Part shown: piece after piece, positions 7,848 through 19,309 of the stretch
How positions within the stretch are numbered: the stretch's first letter is position 1
Layout: the number at the start of each line of letters is the position of its first letter
Source of the DNA: Shigella phage SH7
Length of the DNA: 64,000 nucleotides
Sequence record: KX828711
Reading direction: 5' to 3' (one strand)
The notes under the pieces: generated by a model
The model's input: only the letters and a program-made list of their open reading frames with translations
Database searches by the model: none
What the model was told of the DNA's origin: nothing
Program-made: the position numbers and the translations under genes

Positions 7848-8672
7848 TTAGATATTTGACCAGACTTTGTTTGCAGAGAAACGTTTTCCTTTTGAAACGA
7901 ACTGCTGAAGTGGCATTAACACAACGTTCGCCCAGTCTTTCGGGGCGATTTCAACAAGGCTACCCATAATATTACCGGGTATATATGCCTTGATCATTTG
8001 GTCTGCACCCCTAAATCCTTTCACTTGACTCCAATCAATTTTTAATTTCGTTTTATTAGTAATAGTAGGTGTATTTGCATATTGCTTTAAAAGCTCTTCT
8101 AGAAATTGCTGACGAGCTTTAGGTGGAATATAGTGCAAGTTTAATCCGTACATTAAATTATGCTTACCTAAGCCAAGGTAAATTATCAAAGGAAATTTAT
8201 CCCAGTAAGGAAGAGTTTCCTTGTGTTTAGCATCATAAGCAAAAGCATATATTCGCCCCGGCTGCAGGCGAACAACTTTATGTCCTTTTACTTGCTTAAT
8301 AGTTTCAGCAAACCACTTTCTGGTTTTATTATTAATTGCTGCGCCTTCATTACGAATTTTATCGCGCAATGTTTGTCTGAATGAATTTATCATAAGCAGT
8401 TGTCTTTCTTGCTTATTGAGTTTATTCATTGGTTTTGATTCAAGCTTTTGAATCTTTTCAGCCGTTTTAATTCCTGAAGCATATTTTGACATTGCTGAAG
8501 TAAACGTAGAGTATTTGATTCCTCTTTCTTCAGCAAATTGCTTTCCTGTCATTCCTTTTGCTTTGGCCTTTTTATATTCAAGACCTATCTGAATCCATTT
8601 CTTTTCGTTTAATGATTGCTTAACCTTTGGAACTTGGGGAGTGCTTTCATTAATTATTTGAAAAATAGCCAT
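7848..8672 (-). CDS. 2: gp2 DNA end protector protein
   Basis: 274 aa, order 4-2-3 as in T4. Confidence 0.85.
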   Translation of the reverse strand: MAIFQIINESTPQVPKVKQSLNEKKWIQIGLEYKKAKAKGMTGKQFAEERGIKYSTFTSAMSKYASGIKTAEKIQKLESKPMNKLNKQERQLLMINSFRQTLRDKIRNEGAAINNKTRKWFAETIKQVKGHKVVRLQPGRIYAFAYDAKHKETLPYWDKFPLIIYLGLGKHNLMYGLNLHYIPPKARQQFLEELLKQYANTPTITNKTKLKIDWSQVKGFRGADQMIKAYIPGNIMGSLVEIAPKDWANVVLMPLQQFVSKGKRFSANKVWSNI

Positions 8673-9124
8673 TATGCCCCCTTAAAGCCAAGAGCTCGTA
8701 ATCCATCTTCTGTTAGAATTCTAAATTTTATTCCACGTTTTTCAGCTAAAGCTTGCGCTGCTTTCCATTTGTCGGTATTAACAGAATATGTATAAATTTC
8801 ATTCATAAATCTTTTCTTCGCTGCAGTTGTTAGATGTGCTGGTTTAACTGGTGGTTGTGTTTCTTTTTTAGGTTTTATTTCAATAAAAAATTCTTGCCCA
8901 GAAGAATCTTTCATCCAAATATCCATGAAGTATCTACGTTTTTTCCCTTCTGCATTACAAAAATAAGGAATTACTGCTGTTTCACTACCCCATGCAATAA
9001 TTTCTGGATTTTTATCTAACCATTCAAAAAAGAATTTTTCCCAATTTGATCTATACGTAATTTTTTTAGGGTCACCTCTATACTTTGATATATTTTTAGG
9101 AACCCATTTTCCAGAATATGCCAT
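8672..9124 (-). CDS. 4: gp4 head completion protein
   Basis: 150 aa, divergent from gene 53 as in T4; stop overlaps gene 2 start. Confidence 0.85.
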   Translation of the reverse strand: MAYSGKWVPKNISKYRGDPKKITYRSNWEKFFFEWLDKNPEIIAWGSETAVIPYFCNAEGKKRRYFMDIWMKDSSGQEFFIEIKPKKETQPPVKPAHLTTAAKKRFMNEIYTYSVNTDKWKAAQALAEKRGIKFRILTEDGLRALGFKGA

Positions 9125-9135
9125 TGGATTCTCCT

Positions 9136-9143
9136 TATAAATA
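9136..9143 (+). promoter_or_regulatory. late promoter TATAAATA for gene 53
   Basis: Exact TATAAATA about 30 nt upstream of gene 53 ATG. Confidence 0.6.
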
Positions 9144-9150
9144 GATAATA

Positions 9151-9158
9151 TATTTATA
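9151..9158 (-). promoter_or_regulatory. late promoter TATAAATA for the 4-2-3 operon
   Basis: Exact TATAAATA on minus strand about 27 nt upstream of gene 4 ATG; divergent with the gene 53 promoter. Confidence 0.6.
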
Positions 9159-9171
9159 AACAGGAGGGCCC

Positions 9172-9762
9172 ATGCTCTTTACATTTTTTGATCCGATTGA
9201 ATATGCGGCCAAAACGGTGAATAAAAACGCGCCGACTATTCCTATGACAGATATTTTTAGAAACTATAAAGACTATTTTAAACGCGCTCTTGCGGGATAC
9301 CGCTTACGTACTTATTATATTAAAGGTTCACCACGCCCGGAAGAATTAGCAAATACTATATATGGAAATCCACAGTTGTATTGGGTTTTATTGATGTGTA
9401 ATGATAATTATGATCCGTATTATGGATGGATTACTTCGCAAGAAGCTGCTTATCAAGCATCTATACAAAAATACAAAAATGTAGGTGGAGACCAAATAGT
9501 ATATCATGTAAATGAGAACGGTGAAAAATTTTATAATTTAGTATCATATGATGATAATCCATATGTTTGGTATGACAAAGGTGATAAAGCTAGAAAATAT
9601 CCTCAATATGAAGGAGCACTTGCTGCGGTCGATACGTATGAAGCTGCTGTTCTTGAAAATGAAAAACTTCGTCAAATAAAAATAATAGCAAAATCAGACA
9701 TCAATTCATTTATGAACGACCTTATACGTATAATGGAGAAATCTTATGGAAATGATAAGTAA
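9172..9762 (+). CDS. 53: gp53 baseplate wedge protein
   Basis: 196 aa, immediately upstream of gene 5. Confidence 0.9.
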   Translation: MLFTFFDPIEYAAKTVNKNAPTIPMTDIFRNYKDYFKRALAGYRLRTYYIKGSPRPEELANTIYGNPQLYWVLLMCNDNYDPYYGWITSQEAAYQASIQKYKNVGGDQIVYHVNENGEKFYNLVSYDDNPYVWYDKGDKARKYPQYEGALAAVDTYEAAVLENEKLRQIKIIAKSDINSFMNDLIRIMEKSYGNDK

Positions 9763-11473
9763 TAACCTTAATTGGTTTGTTGGTGTTGTTGAAGATAGAA
9801 TGGACCCATTAAAATTAGGTCGTGTTCGTGTTCGTGTTGTTGGTCTGCATCCACCTCAAAGAGCACAAGGTGATGTAATGGGTATTCCAACTGAAAAATT
9901 ACCATGGATGTCAGTTATTCAACCTATAACTTCTGCAGCAATGTCAGGAATTGGAGGTTCTGTTACTGGACCGGTAGAAGGAACTAGAGTTTATGGTCAT
10001 TTTTTAGACAAATGGAAAACTAACGGAATTGTCCTTGGCACGTATGGTGGAATAGTTCGCGAAAAACCGAATAGACTTGAAGGATTTTCTGACCCAACTG
10101 GACAGTATCCTAGACGTTTAGGAAATGATACTAACGTACTAAACCAAGGCGGAGAAGTAGGATATGATTCCTCTTCTAATATTATCCAAGATAGTAATCT
10201 AGACACCGCAATAAATCCCGATGATAGACCGTTATCAGAAATTCCAACTGATGATAATCCAAATATGTCAATGGCTGAAATGCTTCGCCGCGATGAAGGA
10301 TTAAGACTAAAAGTTTATTGGGATACCGAAGGATATCCGACAATTGGTATTGGTCATCTTATCATGAAGCAGCCAGTTCGTGATATGGCTCAAATTAATA
10401 AAGTTTTATCAAAACAAGTTGGTCGTGAAATTACTGGAAACCCAGGTTCTATTACAATGGAAGAGGCGACAGCTTTATTTGAGCGTGATTTGGCTGATAT
10501 GCAACGTGACATTAAATCACATTCTAAAGTAGGACCAGTCTGGCAAGCTGTTAACCGTTCTCGTCAAATGGCGTTAGAAAATATGGCATTTCAGATGGGT
10601 GTTGGTGGTGTAGCTAAATTTAACACAATGTTAACTGCTATGTTAGCCGGAGATTGGGAAAAAGCATATAAAGCCGGTCGTGATTCATTGTGGTATCAAC
10701 AAACAAAAGGCCGTGCATCCCGTGTTACTATGATTATTCTTACGGGAAATTTGGAATCATATGGTGTTGAAGTGAAAACCCCAGCTAGATCTCTATCAGC
10801 AATGGCTGCTACTGTAGCTAAATCTTCTGACCCTGCTGACCCTCCTATTCCAAATGACTCGAGAATTTTATTCAAAGAACCAGTTTCTTCATATAAAGGT
10901 GAATATCCATATGTTCACACAATGGAAACTGAAAGCGGTCATATTCAAGAATTTGATGATACCCCTGGGCAAGAACGATACAGATTAGTTCATCCGACAG
11001 GAACATATGAGGAAGTATCACCGTCAGGAAGAAGAACAAGAAAAACTGTTGATAATTTGTATGATATAACCAACGCTGATGGTAATTTTTTGGTAGCCGG
11101 TGATAAAAAGACTAACGTCGGTGGATCAGAAATTTATTACAACATGGATAATCGTCTTCACCAAATAGATGGAAGCAATACAATATTTGTACGTGGAGAC
11201 GAAACTAAGACGGTTGAAGGTAATGGAACTATCCTAGTTAAAGGTAATGTTACTATTATAGTTGAAGGCAATGCTGACATTACAGTTAAAGGAGATGCTA
11301 CCACTTTAGTTGAAGGTAATCAAACTAATACAGTAAATGGAAACCTTTCTTGGAAAGTTGCTGGGACAGTTGATTGGGACGTTGGTGGTGATTGGACAGA
11401 AAAAATGGCATCTATGAGTTCTATTTCATCTGGTCAATACACAATTGATGGATCGAGGATTGACATTGGCTAA
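9746..11473 (+). CDS. 5: gp5 baseplate hub with cell-puncturing lysozyme domain
   Basis: 575 aa; central T4-lysozyme-like domain (LRRDEGLRLKVYWDTEGYPTIGIGHL); C-terminal beta-helix with repeated VxGxxxxx units. Confidence 0.95.
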   Translation: MEMISNNLNWFVGVVEDRMDPLKLGRVRVRVVGLHPPQRAQGDVMGIPTEKLPWMSVIQPITSAAMSGIGGSVTGPVEGTRVYGHFLDKWKTNGIVLGTYGGIVREKPNRLEGFSDPTGQYPRRLGNDTNVLNQGGEVGYDSSSNIIQDSNLDTAINPDDRPLSEIPTDDNPNMSMAEMLRRDEGLRLKVYWDTEGYPTIGIGHLIMKQPVRDMAQINKVLSKQVGREITGNPGSITMEEATALFERDLADMQRDIKSHSKVGPVWQAVNRSRQMALENMAFQMGVGGVAKFNTMLTAMLAGDWEKAYKAGRDSLWYQQTKGRASRVTMIILTGNLESYGVEVKTPARSLSAMAATVAKSSDPADPPIPNDSRILFKEPVSSYKGEYPYVHTMETESGHIQEFDDTPGQERYRLVHPTGTYEEVSPSGRRTRKTVDNLYDITNADGNFLVAGDKKTNVGGSEIYYNMDNRLHQIDGSNTIFVRGDETKTVEGNGTILVKGNVTIIVEGNADITVKGDATTLVEGNQTNTVNGNLSWKVAGTVDWDVGGDWTEKMASMSSISSGQYTIDGSRIDIG

Positions 11474-11507
11474 TATACTTCCAATGAGCGCTGATTTAGG
11501 AGAATCC

Positions 11508-12002
11508 ATGGAAGGTTCTTCTATCGACGTCACCTTTACCGCTCAATTAGAAACAGGTGAAACGTTAGTATCTATAAATATAACTAGTTACGAAGAAACT
11601 CCTGGGGTTTTAGTAGAAGAAAATCGCTTATATGGAACATATGAATCTGTATTTGGTTTCGGAAATGACGCGTTGAAATATCGTTTAGGCGATGAATTTA
11701 AAACTGCTGCTTCATGGGAAGAACTTCCTACTGATTCTGATACTCAGCTGTATTTGTGGAAAGCTCCTCAAAATCTCCAGAAGACATTCACTTACGAAGT
11801 AACATTAATATATGACTACCAAGAACAAAGTGAATCTGGGGGTTCTGGCAGTAATTCTAGGTCATCTTCTGATACTACTGAACCGACGGATCCTCCTGCT
11901 CCAGTAAGAAAAACTCTCGTTAAAAATTATACTAAAACTATAGTTGGAAATTGGAGTCGTTGGGCTAATAAACTGAGAAGCTATGTATATGAGAGGCCAT
12001 AA
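11508..12002 (+). CDS. 5.1: gp5.1-like protein (start at ATG with AGGAG RBS)
   Basis: ORF-track frame 11445..12002; chosen ATG lies after the gene 5 stop. Confidence 0.6.
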
Positions 12003-12296
12003 ATGTCAGGATTAAGTTATGATAAGTGTGTTACTGCTGGCCATGAAGCGTGGCCTCCAACAGTTGTGAATGCTACACAAAGTAAAGTATTCACTGGAGG
12101 AATTGCTGTTTTAGTAGCAGGCGATCCAATTACAGAACACACAGAAATTAAAAAGCCATATGAAACACATGGCGGAGTGACACAACCTAGAACTTCTAAG
12201 GTATATGTCACTGGAAAGAAAGCTGTTCAAATGGCTGATCCAATATCATGCGGTGATACTGTGGCTCAGGCATCATCTAAAGTATTCATTAAATAG
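12003..12296 (+). CDS. 5.4: gp5.4 PAAR-like spike tip protein
   Basis: 97 aa, between 5.1 and 6 as in T4. Confidence 0.8.
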
Positions 12297-12304
12297 GATT
12301 TAAA

Positions 12305-14287
12305 ATGGCAAATACCCCTGTAAATTATCAATTAACAAGAACAGCAAATGCTATTCCCGAGATATTCGTCGGGGGTACGTTTGCTGAAATAAAACAAAAC
12401 CTCATTGAATGGCTTAATGGCCAAAATGAATTTTTGGATTATGATTTTGAAGGCTCAAGATTAAACGTTCTGTGCGACCTTTTGGCTTATAATACATTAT
12501 ACATTCAGCAGTTTGGTAATGCTGCTGTGTATGAAAGCTTTATGCGTACTGCTAACTTACGAAGTTCAGTTGTTCAAGCTGCGCAAGATAACGGATATTT
12601 ACCTACTTCAAAATCCGCTGCGCAGACCGAAATTATGTTAACATGCACCGACGCATTGAATAGGAATTACATTACAATTCCTCGCGGAACTCGCTTTTTA
12701 GCATATGCAAAAGATACTTCTGTTAATCCATATAACTTCGTTTCTACCGAAGACGTTATTGCTATTCGTGATAAAAATAACCAATATTTTCCACGTTTAA
12801 AATTGGCCCAGGGACGTATAGTAAGAACTGAAATCATTTATGATAAATTAACACCTATTATCATTTATGATAAAAATATTGATAGAAACCAGGTTAAATT
12901 ATATGTTGATGGAGCGGAATGGATTAACTGGACGAGAAAGTCAATGGTTCATGCTGGTTCTACATCAACAATTTATTATATGCGTGAAACTATTGATGGA
13001 AACACTGAATTCTATTTTGGTGAAGGTGAAATTTCTGTTAATGCTTCTGAAGGAGCTTTGACTGCTAATTATATTGGAGGTCTTAAACCTACTCAGAACT
13101 CTACGATTGTTATTGAGTACATTAGTACTAATGGTGCTGACGCGAACGGCGCAGTCGGATTTTCATACGCAGATACATTAACAAATATAACTGTCATCAA
13201 TATTAATGAAAATCCAAACGGTGATCCAGATTTTGTTGGGGCAGATGGCGGCGGTGATCCAGAAGATATTGAGCGTATCCGCGAATTGGGTACTATTAAA
13301 CGCGAAACCCAACAACGATGCGTAACTGCGACTGACTATGATACATTCGTTTCAGAGAGATTCGGTTCTATTATTCAAGCTGTTCAGACTTTCACTGATT
13401 CTACTAAACCTGGGTACGCATTTATTGCTGCTAAACCTAAATCAGGATTGTATTTAACTACTGTACAACGTGAAGATATTAAAAATTATCTCAAAGACTA
13501 TAATTTAGCTCCTATTACACCATCAATTATTTCTCCTAATTATCTTTTTATTAAGACTAATTTAAAAGTCACATATGCTTTAAATAAACTACAAGAATCT
13601 GAGCAGTGGCTTGAAGGTCAAATAATTGATAAAATTGATCGCTATTATACCGAAGATGTAGAAATTTTTAACTCGTCTTTCGCTAAATCTAAGATGTTGA
13701 CATATGTAGATGATGCAGATCATTCTGTCATTGGTTCATCAGCGACTATTCAAATGGTTCGTGAAGTACAAAACTTCTATAAAACACCTGAAGCAGGTAT
13801 TAAATACAATAATCAAATAAAAGATCGTTCTATGGAATCTAATACGTTTTCATTTAATTCTGGACGAAAGGTTGTAAATCCTGATACTGGTTTAGAAGAA
13901 GATGTATTATATGACGTTCGTATAGTATCAACAGACCGAGATTCTAAAGGAATTGGTAAAGTTATTATTGGTCCATTTGCTTCTGGCGATGTTACAGAAA
14001 ATGAAAACATTCAGCCATATACAGGCAATGATTTTAATAAATTAGCAAATTCTGATGGACGCGACAAATACTATGTTATCGGTGAAATAAATTATCCGGC
14101 TGACATGATTTATTGGAATATCGCTAAAATTAATTTAACATCTGAAAAATTTGAGGTTCAGACTATTGAATTATATTCTGACCCAACCGATGATGTTATC
14201 TTTACTCGCGATGGTTCACTGATTGTATTTGAAAATGACTTACGTCCACAATACTTAACTATCGATTTGGAGCCTATATCACAATGA
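12305..14287 (+). CDS. 6: gp6 baseplate wedge protein
   Basis: 660 aa, T4 order. Confidence 0.95.
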   Translation: MANTPVNYQLTRTANAIPEIFVGGTFAEIKQNLIEWLNGQNEFLDYDFEGSRLNVLCDLLAYNTLYIQQFGNAAVYESFMRTANLRSSVVQAAQDNGYLPTSKSAAQTEIMLTCTDALNRNYITIPRGTRFLAYAKDTSVNPYNFVSTEDVIAIRDKNNQYFPRLKLAQGRIVRTEIIYDKLTPIIIYDKNIDRNQVKLYVDGAEWINWTRKSMVHAGSTSTIYYMRETIDGNTEFYFGEGEISVNASEGALTANYIGGLKPTQNSTIVIEYISTNGADANGAVGFSYADTLTNITVININENPNGDPDFVGADGGGDPEDIERIRELGTIKRETQQRCVTATDYDTFVSERFGSIIQAVQTFTDSTKPGYAFIAAKPKSGLYLTTVQREDIKNYLKDYNLAPITPSIISPNYLFIKTNLKVTYALNKLQESEQWLEGQIIDKIDRYYTEDVEIFNSSFAKSKMLTYVDDADHSVIGSSATIQMVREVQNFYKTPEAGIKYNNQIKDRSMESNTFSFNSGRKVVNPDTGLEEDVLYDVRIVSTDRDSKGIGKVIIGPFASGDVTENENIQPYTGNDFNKLANSDGRDKYYVIGEINYPADMIYWNIAKINLTSEKFEVQTIELYSDPTDDVIFTRDGSLIVFENDLRPQYLTIDLEPISQ

Positions 14288-17200
14288 CAGTAAAAGCACC
14301 TTCAGTCACTAGTCTCAGAATTTCCAAGTTATCCGCAAATCAGGTGCAAGTACGCTGGGATGACGTTGGTGCTAATTTCTACTATTTTGTAGAAATCGCT
14401 GAGACAAAAACAGACTCGGGGGAAAATCTCCCGAGCGATCAATATCGTTGGATTAATTTAGGATATACAGCAAACAATAGTTTCTTTTTTGATGATGCTG
14501 ATCCACTAACATCATACATCATTAGAGTAGCTACAGCTGCACAAGATTTTGAGCAATCTGATTGGGTTTATACAGAAGAGTTTGAAACTTTTGCTACGAA
14601 TGCTTACACATTTCAAAACATGATTGAAATGCAATTAGCCAATAAATTCATTCAGGAAAAATTTACTCTTAACAATTCTAATTATGTCAATTTTAATAAT
14701 GACACTATAATGGCTGCATTGATGAATGAATCGTTCCAATTCAGCCCATCATATGTTGATGTTTCATCAATCAGTAATTTTATTATTGGTGAAAATGAGT
14801 ATCATGAAATACAAGGTTCCATTCAGCAAGTATGTAAGGATATTAACCGAGTTTATTTGATGGAATCAGAAGGGATTCTATATCTTTTTGAGCGCTATCA
14901 ACCCGTAGTTAAAGTATCTAATGATAAAGGACAAACCTGGAAAGCTGTAAAGCTCTTCAATGACCGTGTAGGATATCCTTTATCTAAGACAGTATATTAC
15001 CAATCTGCAAACACGACATACGTTCTAGGATACGACAAGATTTTCTACGGCCGCAAATCTACTGATGTTAGATGGTCAGCTGATGATGTCAGATTTAGTT
15101 CACAGGATATAACATTTGCTAAACTTGGTGACCAATTGCATCTAGGATTTGATGTAGAAATTTTTGCCACTTATGCGACTTTACCAGCTAATGTATACCG
15201 CATTGCAGAAGCTATTACTTGCACCGATGATTACATTTACGTTGTCGCCAGAGACAAAGTTAGATACATAAAAACGAGTAATGCACCTATAGATTCTGAT
15301 CCATTATCTCCGACATATTCGGAAAGACTTTTTGAACCTGATACAATGACTATAACTGGAAATCCTAAAGCAGTATGCTATAAAATGGATTCTATCGGTG
15401 ATAAAGTTTTTGCTCTTATTATTGGTGAAGTTGAAACATTAAATGCTAATCCTAGAACATCAAAAATAATTGATTCTGCTGATAAAGGAATATATGTTTT
15501 AAATCATGACACGAAAACATGGAAAAGAGTTTTTGGCAACACTGAAGAAGAAAGAAGACGTATTCAACCCGGATATGCGAATATGTCAACTGACGGTAAA
15601 TTAGTTTCTCTGTCTTCGAGTAATTTTAAATTTTTAAGTGATAATGTTGTTAATGACCCTGAAACTGCAGCAAAATATCAGTTAATTGGCGCTGTTAAAT
15701 ATGAATTTCCTCGTGAATGGTTAGCTGATAAGCATTATCATATGATGGCATTTATAGCGGATGAAACATCTGATTGGGAGACTTTTACTCCTCAACCAAT
15801 GAAATACTACGCAGAACCGTTCTTTAACTGGTCTAAAAAATCTAACACACGTTGTTGGATAAACAACTCTGATAGAGCTGTAGTAGTTTATGCTGATTTA
15901 AAATACACTAAAGTTATAGAAAATATTCCGGAAACATCACCAGATAGATTAGTTCATGAATACTGGGATGATGGTGATTGCACTATAGTAATGCCAAATG
16001 TTAAATTCACTGGATTTAAAAAATATGCATCAGGAATGCTTTTCTACAAATCCTCTGGTGAAATAATTTCTTACTATGATTTTAACTATCGTGTGAGAGA
16101 TACAGTAGAAATTATTTGGAAGCCAACTGGTGTATTTTTAAAAGCATTTTTACAAAACCAAGAGCATGAGACTCCTTGGTCACCAGAAGAAGAGCATGGA
16201 TTAGCTGATCCTGATTTAAGACCATTGATTGGCACAATGATGCCTGATTCTTATTTGCTACAGGATTCGAATTTTGAGGCATTTTGCGAAGCATATATTC
16301 AGTATCTTTCTGATGGATATGGAACTCAGTACAATAATTTACGAAATTTAATTCGTAATCAGTATCCTAGAGAAGAACATGCGTGGGAATATCTGTGGTC
16401 AGAGATATATAAAAGAAACATTTATTTGAACGCGGATAAGCGAGATGCTGTAGCAAGATTTTTTGAATCACGCAGTTATGATTTTTATTCTACCAAAGGA
16501 ATTGAAGCATCATACAAATTTCTTTTTAAAGTTCTTTATAATGAAGAAGTTGAAATTGAAATTGAATCTGGGGCTGGTACTGAATATGACATAATCGTTC
16601 AATCTGATTCTTTGACTGAAGATTTAGTAGGACAAACGATTTATACAGCCACAGGAAGATGTAATGTTACTTATATAGAAAGAAGTTATTCTAATGGTAA
16701 ATTGCAATGGACCGTAACTATTCATAATCTTTTGGGAAGATTAATTGCTGGTCAAGAAGTTAAAGCAGAAAGACTTCCTAGTTTTGAAGGCGAAATTATT
16801 CGTGGGGTTAAAGGAAAGGATTTGCTTCAAAACAATATAGACTATATTAATAGAAGTAGATCATACTATGTAATGAAAATTAAATCCAATTTACCTTCTT
16901 CCCGCTGGAAATCTGACGTTATTCGTTTTGTTCATCCAGTAGGATTTGGATTTATAGCAATTACTCTTTTAACAATGTTTATTAATGTTGGTTTAACTCT
17001 TAAACATACAGAGACTATAATTAATAAATACAAAAACTATAAATGGGATTCTGGATTGCCTACTGAATATGCTGATAGAGTAGCTAAATTAACTCCAACT
17101 GGTGAAATTGAGCATGATTCAGTAACAGGCGAAGCAATTTATGAGCCTGGCCCAATGGCTGGTGTAGAATATCCTCTTCCTGATGACTATAATGCTGAAA

Positions 17201-17382
17201 ATAATAATTCAATATTTCAAGGTCAATTGCCGTCTGAACGACGTAAATTAATGAGTCCTCTATTTGATGCTTCTGGAACAACATTTGCGCAATTTAGAGA
17301 TTTAGTTAATAAACGTCTAAAAGATAATATAGGAAATCCAAGAGACCCTGAAAATCCAACACAGGTTAAAATAGATGAATGA
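14284..17382 (+). CDS. 7: gp7 baseplate wedge protein
   Basis: 1032 aa, ATGA overlap with gene 6. Confidence 0.95.
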   Translation: MTVKAPSVTSLRISKLSANQVQVRWDDVGANFYYFVEIAETKTDSGENLPSDQYRWINLGYTANNSFFFDDADPLTSYIIRVATAAQDFEQSDWVYTEEFETFATNAYTFQNMIEMQLANKFIQEKFTLNNSNYVNFNNDTIMAALMNESFQFSPSYVDVSSISNFIIGENEYHEIQGSIQQVCKDINRVYLMESEGILYLFERYQPVVKVSNDKGQTWKAVKLFNDRVGYPLSKTVYYQSANTTYVLGYDKIFYGRKSTDVRWSADDVRFSSQDITFAKLGDQLHLGFDVEIFATYATLPANVYRIAEAITCTDDYIYVVARDKVRYIKTSNAPIDSDPLSPTYSERLFEPDTMTITGNPKAVCYKMDSIGDKVFALIIGEVETLNANPRTSKIIDSADKGIYVLNHDTKTWKRVFGNTEEERRRIQPGYANMSTDGKLVSLSSSNFKFLSDNVVNDPETAAKYQLIGAVKYEFPREWLADKHYHMMAFIADETSDWETFTPQPMKYYAEPFFNWSKKSNTRCWINNSDRAVVVYADLKYTKVIENIPETSPDRLVHEYWDDGDCTIVMPNVKFTGFKKYASGMLFYKSSGEIISYYDFNYRVRDTVEIIWKPTGVFLKAFLQNQEHETPWSPEEEHGLADPDLRPLIGTMMPDSYLLQDSNFEAFCEAYIQYLSDGYGTQYNNLRNLIRNQYPREEHAWEYLWSEIYKRNIYLNADKRDAVARFFESRSYDFYSTKGIEASYKFLFKVLYNEEVEIEIESGAGTEYDIIVQSDSLTEDLVGQTIYTATGRCNVTYIERSYSNGKLQWTVTIHNLLGRLIAGQEVKAERLPSFEGEIIRGVKGKDLLQNNIDYINRSRSYYVMKIKSNLPSSRWKSDVIRFVHPVGFGFIAITLLTMFINVGLTLKHTETIINKYKNYKWDSGLPTEYADRVAKLTPTGEIEHDSVTGEAIYEPGPMAGVEYPLPDDYNAENNNSIFQGQLPSERRKLMSPLFDASGTTFAQFRDLVNKRLKDNIGNPRDPENPTQVKIDE

Positions 17383-18379
17383 TTCAAGTGTTATCTATCG
17401 TGCGATAGTTACTTCAAAATTTAGAACAGAAAAAATGTTGAATTTTTATAATTCAATTGGAAGTGGTCCGGATAAAAACACTATCTTTATCACATTTGGA
17501 AGATCAGAACCGTGGTCATCAAATGAAAATGAGGTGGGCTTTGCTCCACCTTATCCTACCGATTCTGTATTAGGTGTAACTGACATGTGGACTCATATGA
17601 TGGGAACCGTAAAGGTTCTTCCATCTATGCTTGATGCAGTTATTCCTCGTAGAGATTGGGGAGATACTAGATATCCGGATCCATACACATTTAGAATTAA
17701 CGATATTGTAGTGTGTAACTCAGCTCCTTACAATGCTACTGAATCAGGCGCAGGCTGGTTAGTATATCGTTGTTTAGATGTTCCTGATACCGGAATGTGT
17801 TCAATAGCATCTTTAACTGATAAAGATGAATGCCTTAAGTTAGGTGGAAAATGGACTCCTTCTGTTAGGTCAATGACTCCTCCTGAAGGTCGAGGAGACG
17901 CGGAAGGAACAATCGAACCCGGCGACGGATATGTTTGGGAATATCTTTTTGAGATTCCGCCTGATGTATCTATAAATAGATGCACGAATGAATATATCGT
18001 GGTTCCTTGGCCTGAGGAATTAAAAGAAGACCCGGCTAGATGGGGGTATGAAGATAATCTCACTTGGCAACAAGATGATTTTGGATTAATTTACCGTGTT
18101 AAGGCAAATACTATCCGTTTTAAAGCATATTTAGATTCAGTTTATTTTCCTGAGGCTGCATTGCCGGGAAATAAAGGATTTAGACAAATATCAATAATCA
18201 CGAATCCTCTTGAAGCTAAAGCTCATCCAAATGACCCAAACGTTAAAGCTGAAAAGGATTATTATGATCCGGAAGATTTAATGAGGCATTCGGGCGAAAT
18301 GATTTATATGGAAAATAGGCCACCTATTATCATGGCAATGGATCAAACAGAAGAAATCAATATTCTGTTTACATTTTAA
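17375..18379 (+). CDS. 8: gp8 baseplate wedge protein
   Basis: 334 aa, T4 order. Confidence 0.95.
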   Translation: MNDSSVIYRAIVTSKFRTEKMLNFYNSIGSGPDKNTIFITFGRSEPWSSNENEVGFAPPYPTDSVLGVTDMWTHMMGTVKVLPSMLDAVIPRRDWGDTRYPDPYTFRINDIVVCNSAPYNATESGAGWLVYRCLDVPDTGMCSIASLTDKDECLKLGGKWTPSVRSMTPPEGRGDAEGTIEPGDGYVWEYLFEIPPDVSINRCTNEYIVVPWPEELKEDPARWGYEDNLTWQQDDFGLIYRVKANTIRFKAYLDSVYFPEAALPGNKGFRQISIITNPLEAKAHPNDPNVKAEKDYYDPEDLMRHSGEMIYMENRPPIIMAMDQTEEINILFTF

Positions 18380-18384
18380 CTTAA

Positions 18385-18410
18385 GGGAGCCCATGGGCTC
18401 CCTTTTTCTT
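18385..18410 (+). terminator. rho-independent terminator after gene 8
   Basis: GGGAGCCCATGGGCTCCC hairpin followed by TTTTTCTT. Confidence 0.7.
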
Positions 18411-18418
18411 TATAAATA
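18411..18418 (+). promoter_or_regulatory. late promoter TATAAATA for gene 9
   Basis: Exact TATAAATA about 25 nt upstream of gene 9 ATG. Confidence 0.6.
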
Positions 18419-18442
18419 CTATAAACTCATAAGGAAACCGCT

Positions 18443-19309
18443 ATGTTCATTCAAGAACCAAAGAAATTGATTGATACCGGCGAAATTGGTAACGCTTCTA
18501 CTGGTGATATCTTATTCGACGGTGGTAATAAAATTAATAGTGATTTTAACGCAATTTATAATGCGTTTGGCGATCAGCGTAAAATGGCAGTAGCAAATGG
18601 TACTGGTGCTGACGGCCAAATTATCCATGCTACTGGATATTATCAAAAGCATTCTATCACAGAGTACGCAACTCCGGTGAAAGTTGGTACTAGGCATGAT
18701 ATTGATACCTCTACTGTAGGTGTTAAAGTTATCATTGAAAGAGGCGAACTTGGCGACTGTGTTGAATTTATTAACTCAAATGGATCAATATCAGTTACTA
18801 ATCCTTTAACGATTCAGGCTATTGATTCAATTAAAGGTGTTTCAGGTAATTTGGTAGTAACTGCTCCATATAGTAAAGTTACTTTACGCTGCATTTCATC
18901 TGATAATTCTACGTCGGTTTGGAATTATTCTATTGAAAGCATGTTTGGTCAAAAGGAATCACCGGTTGAAGGTACATGGAATGTTTCTACATCCGGATCA
19001 GTTGATATTCCACTATTTCATCGCACTGAATACAATATGGCTAAATTGCTAGTTACGTGCCAATCTGTAGATGGAAGAAAAATTAAAACAGCAGAAATAA
19101 ATATTCTTGTGGATACTGTTAATTCAGAGGTCATTTCTTCTGAATATGCTGTCATGCGAGTTGGGAATGAAACCGAAGAAGACGAAATCGCTAATATTGC
19201 ATTTAGTATTAAAGAAAATTATGTAACGGCGACTATAAGTTCTTCAACTGTCGGTATGAGAGCAGCAGTTAAAGTTATCGCTACGCAGAAAATCGGGGTG
19301 GCTCAATAA
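18443..19309 (+). CDS. 9: gp9 baseplate wedge protein (long tail fiber connector)
   Basis: 288 aa, T4 order. Confidence 0.95.
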   Translation: MFIQEPKKLIDTGEIGNASTGDILFDGGNKINSDFNAIYNAFGDQRKMAVANGTGADGQIIHATGYYQKHSITEYATPVKVGTRHDIDTSTVGVKVIIERGELGDCVEFINSNGSISVTNPLTIQAIDSIKGVSGNLVVTAPYSKVTLRCISSDNSTSVWNYSIESMFGQKESPVEGTWNVSTSGSVDIPLFHRTEYNMAKLLVTCQSVDGRKIKTAEINILVDTVNSEVISSEYAVMRVGNETEEDEIANIAFSIKENYVTATISSSTVGMRAAVKVIATQKIGVAQ

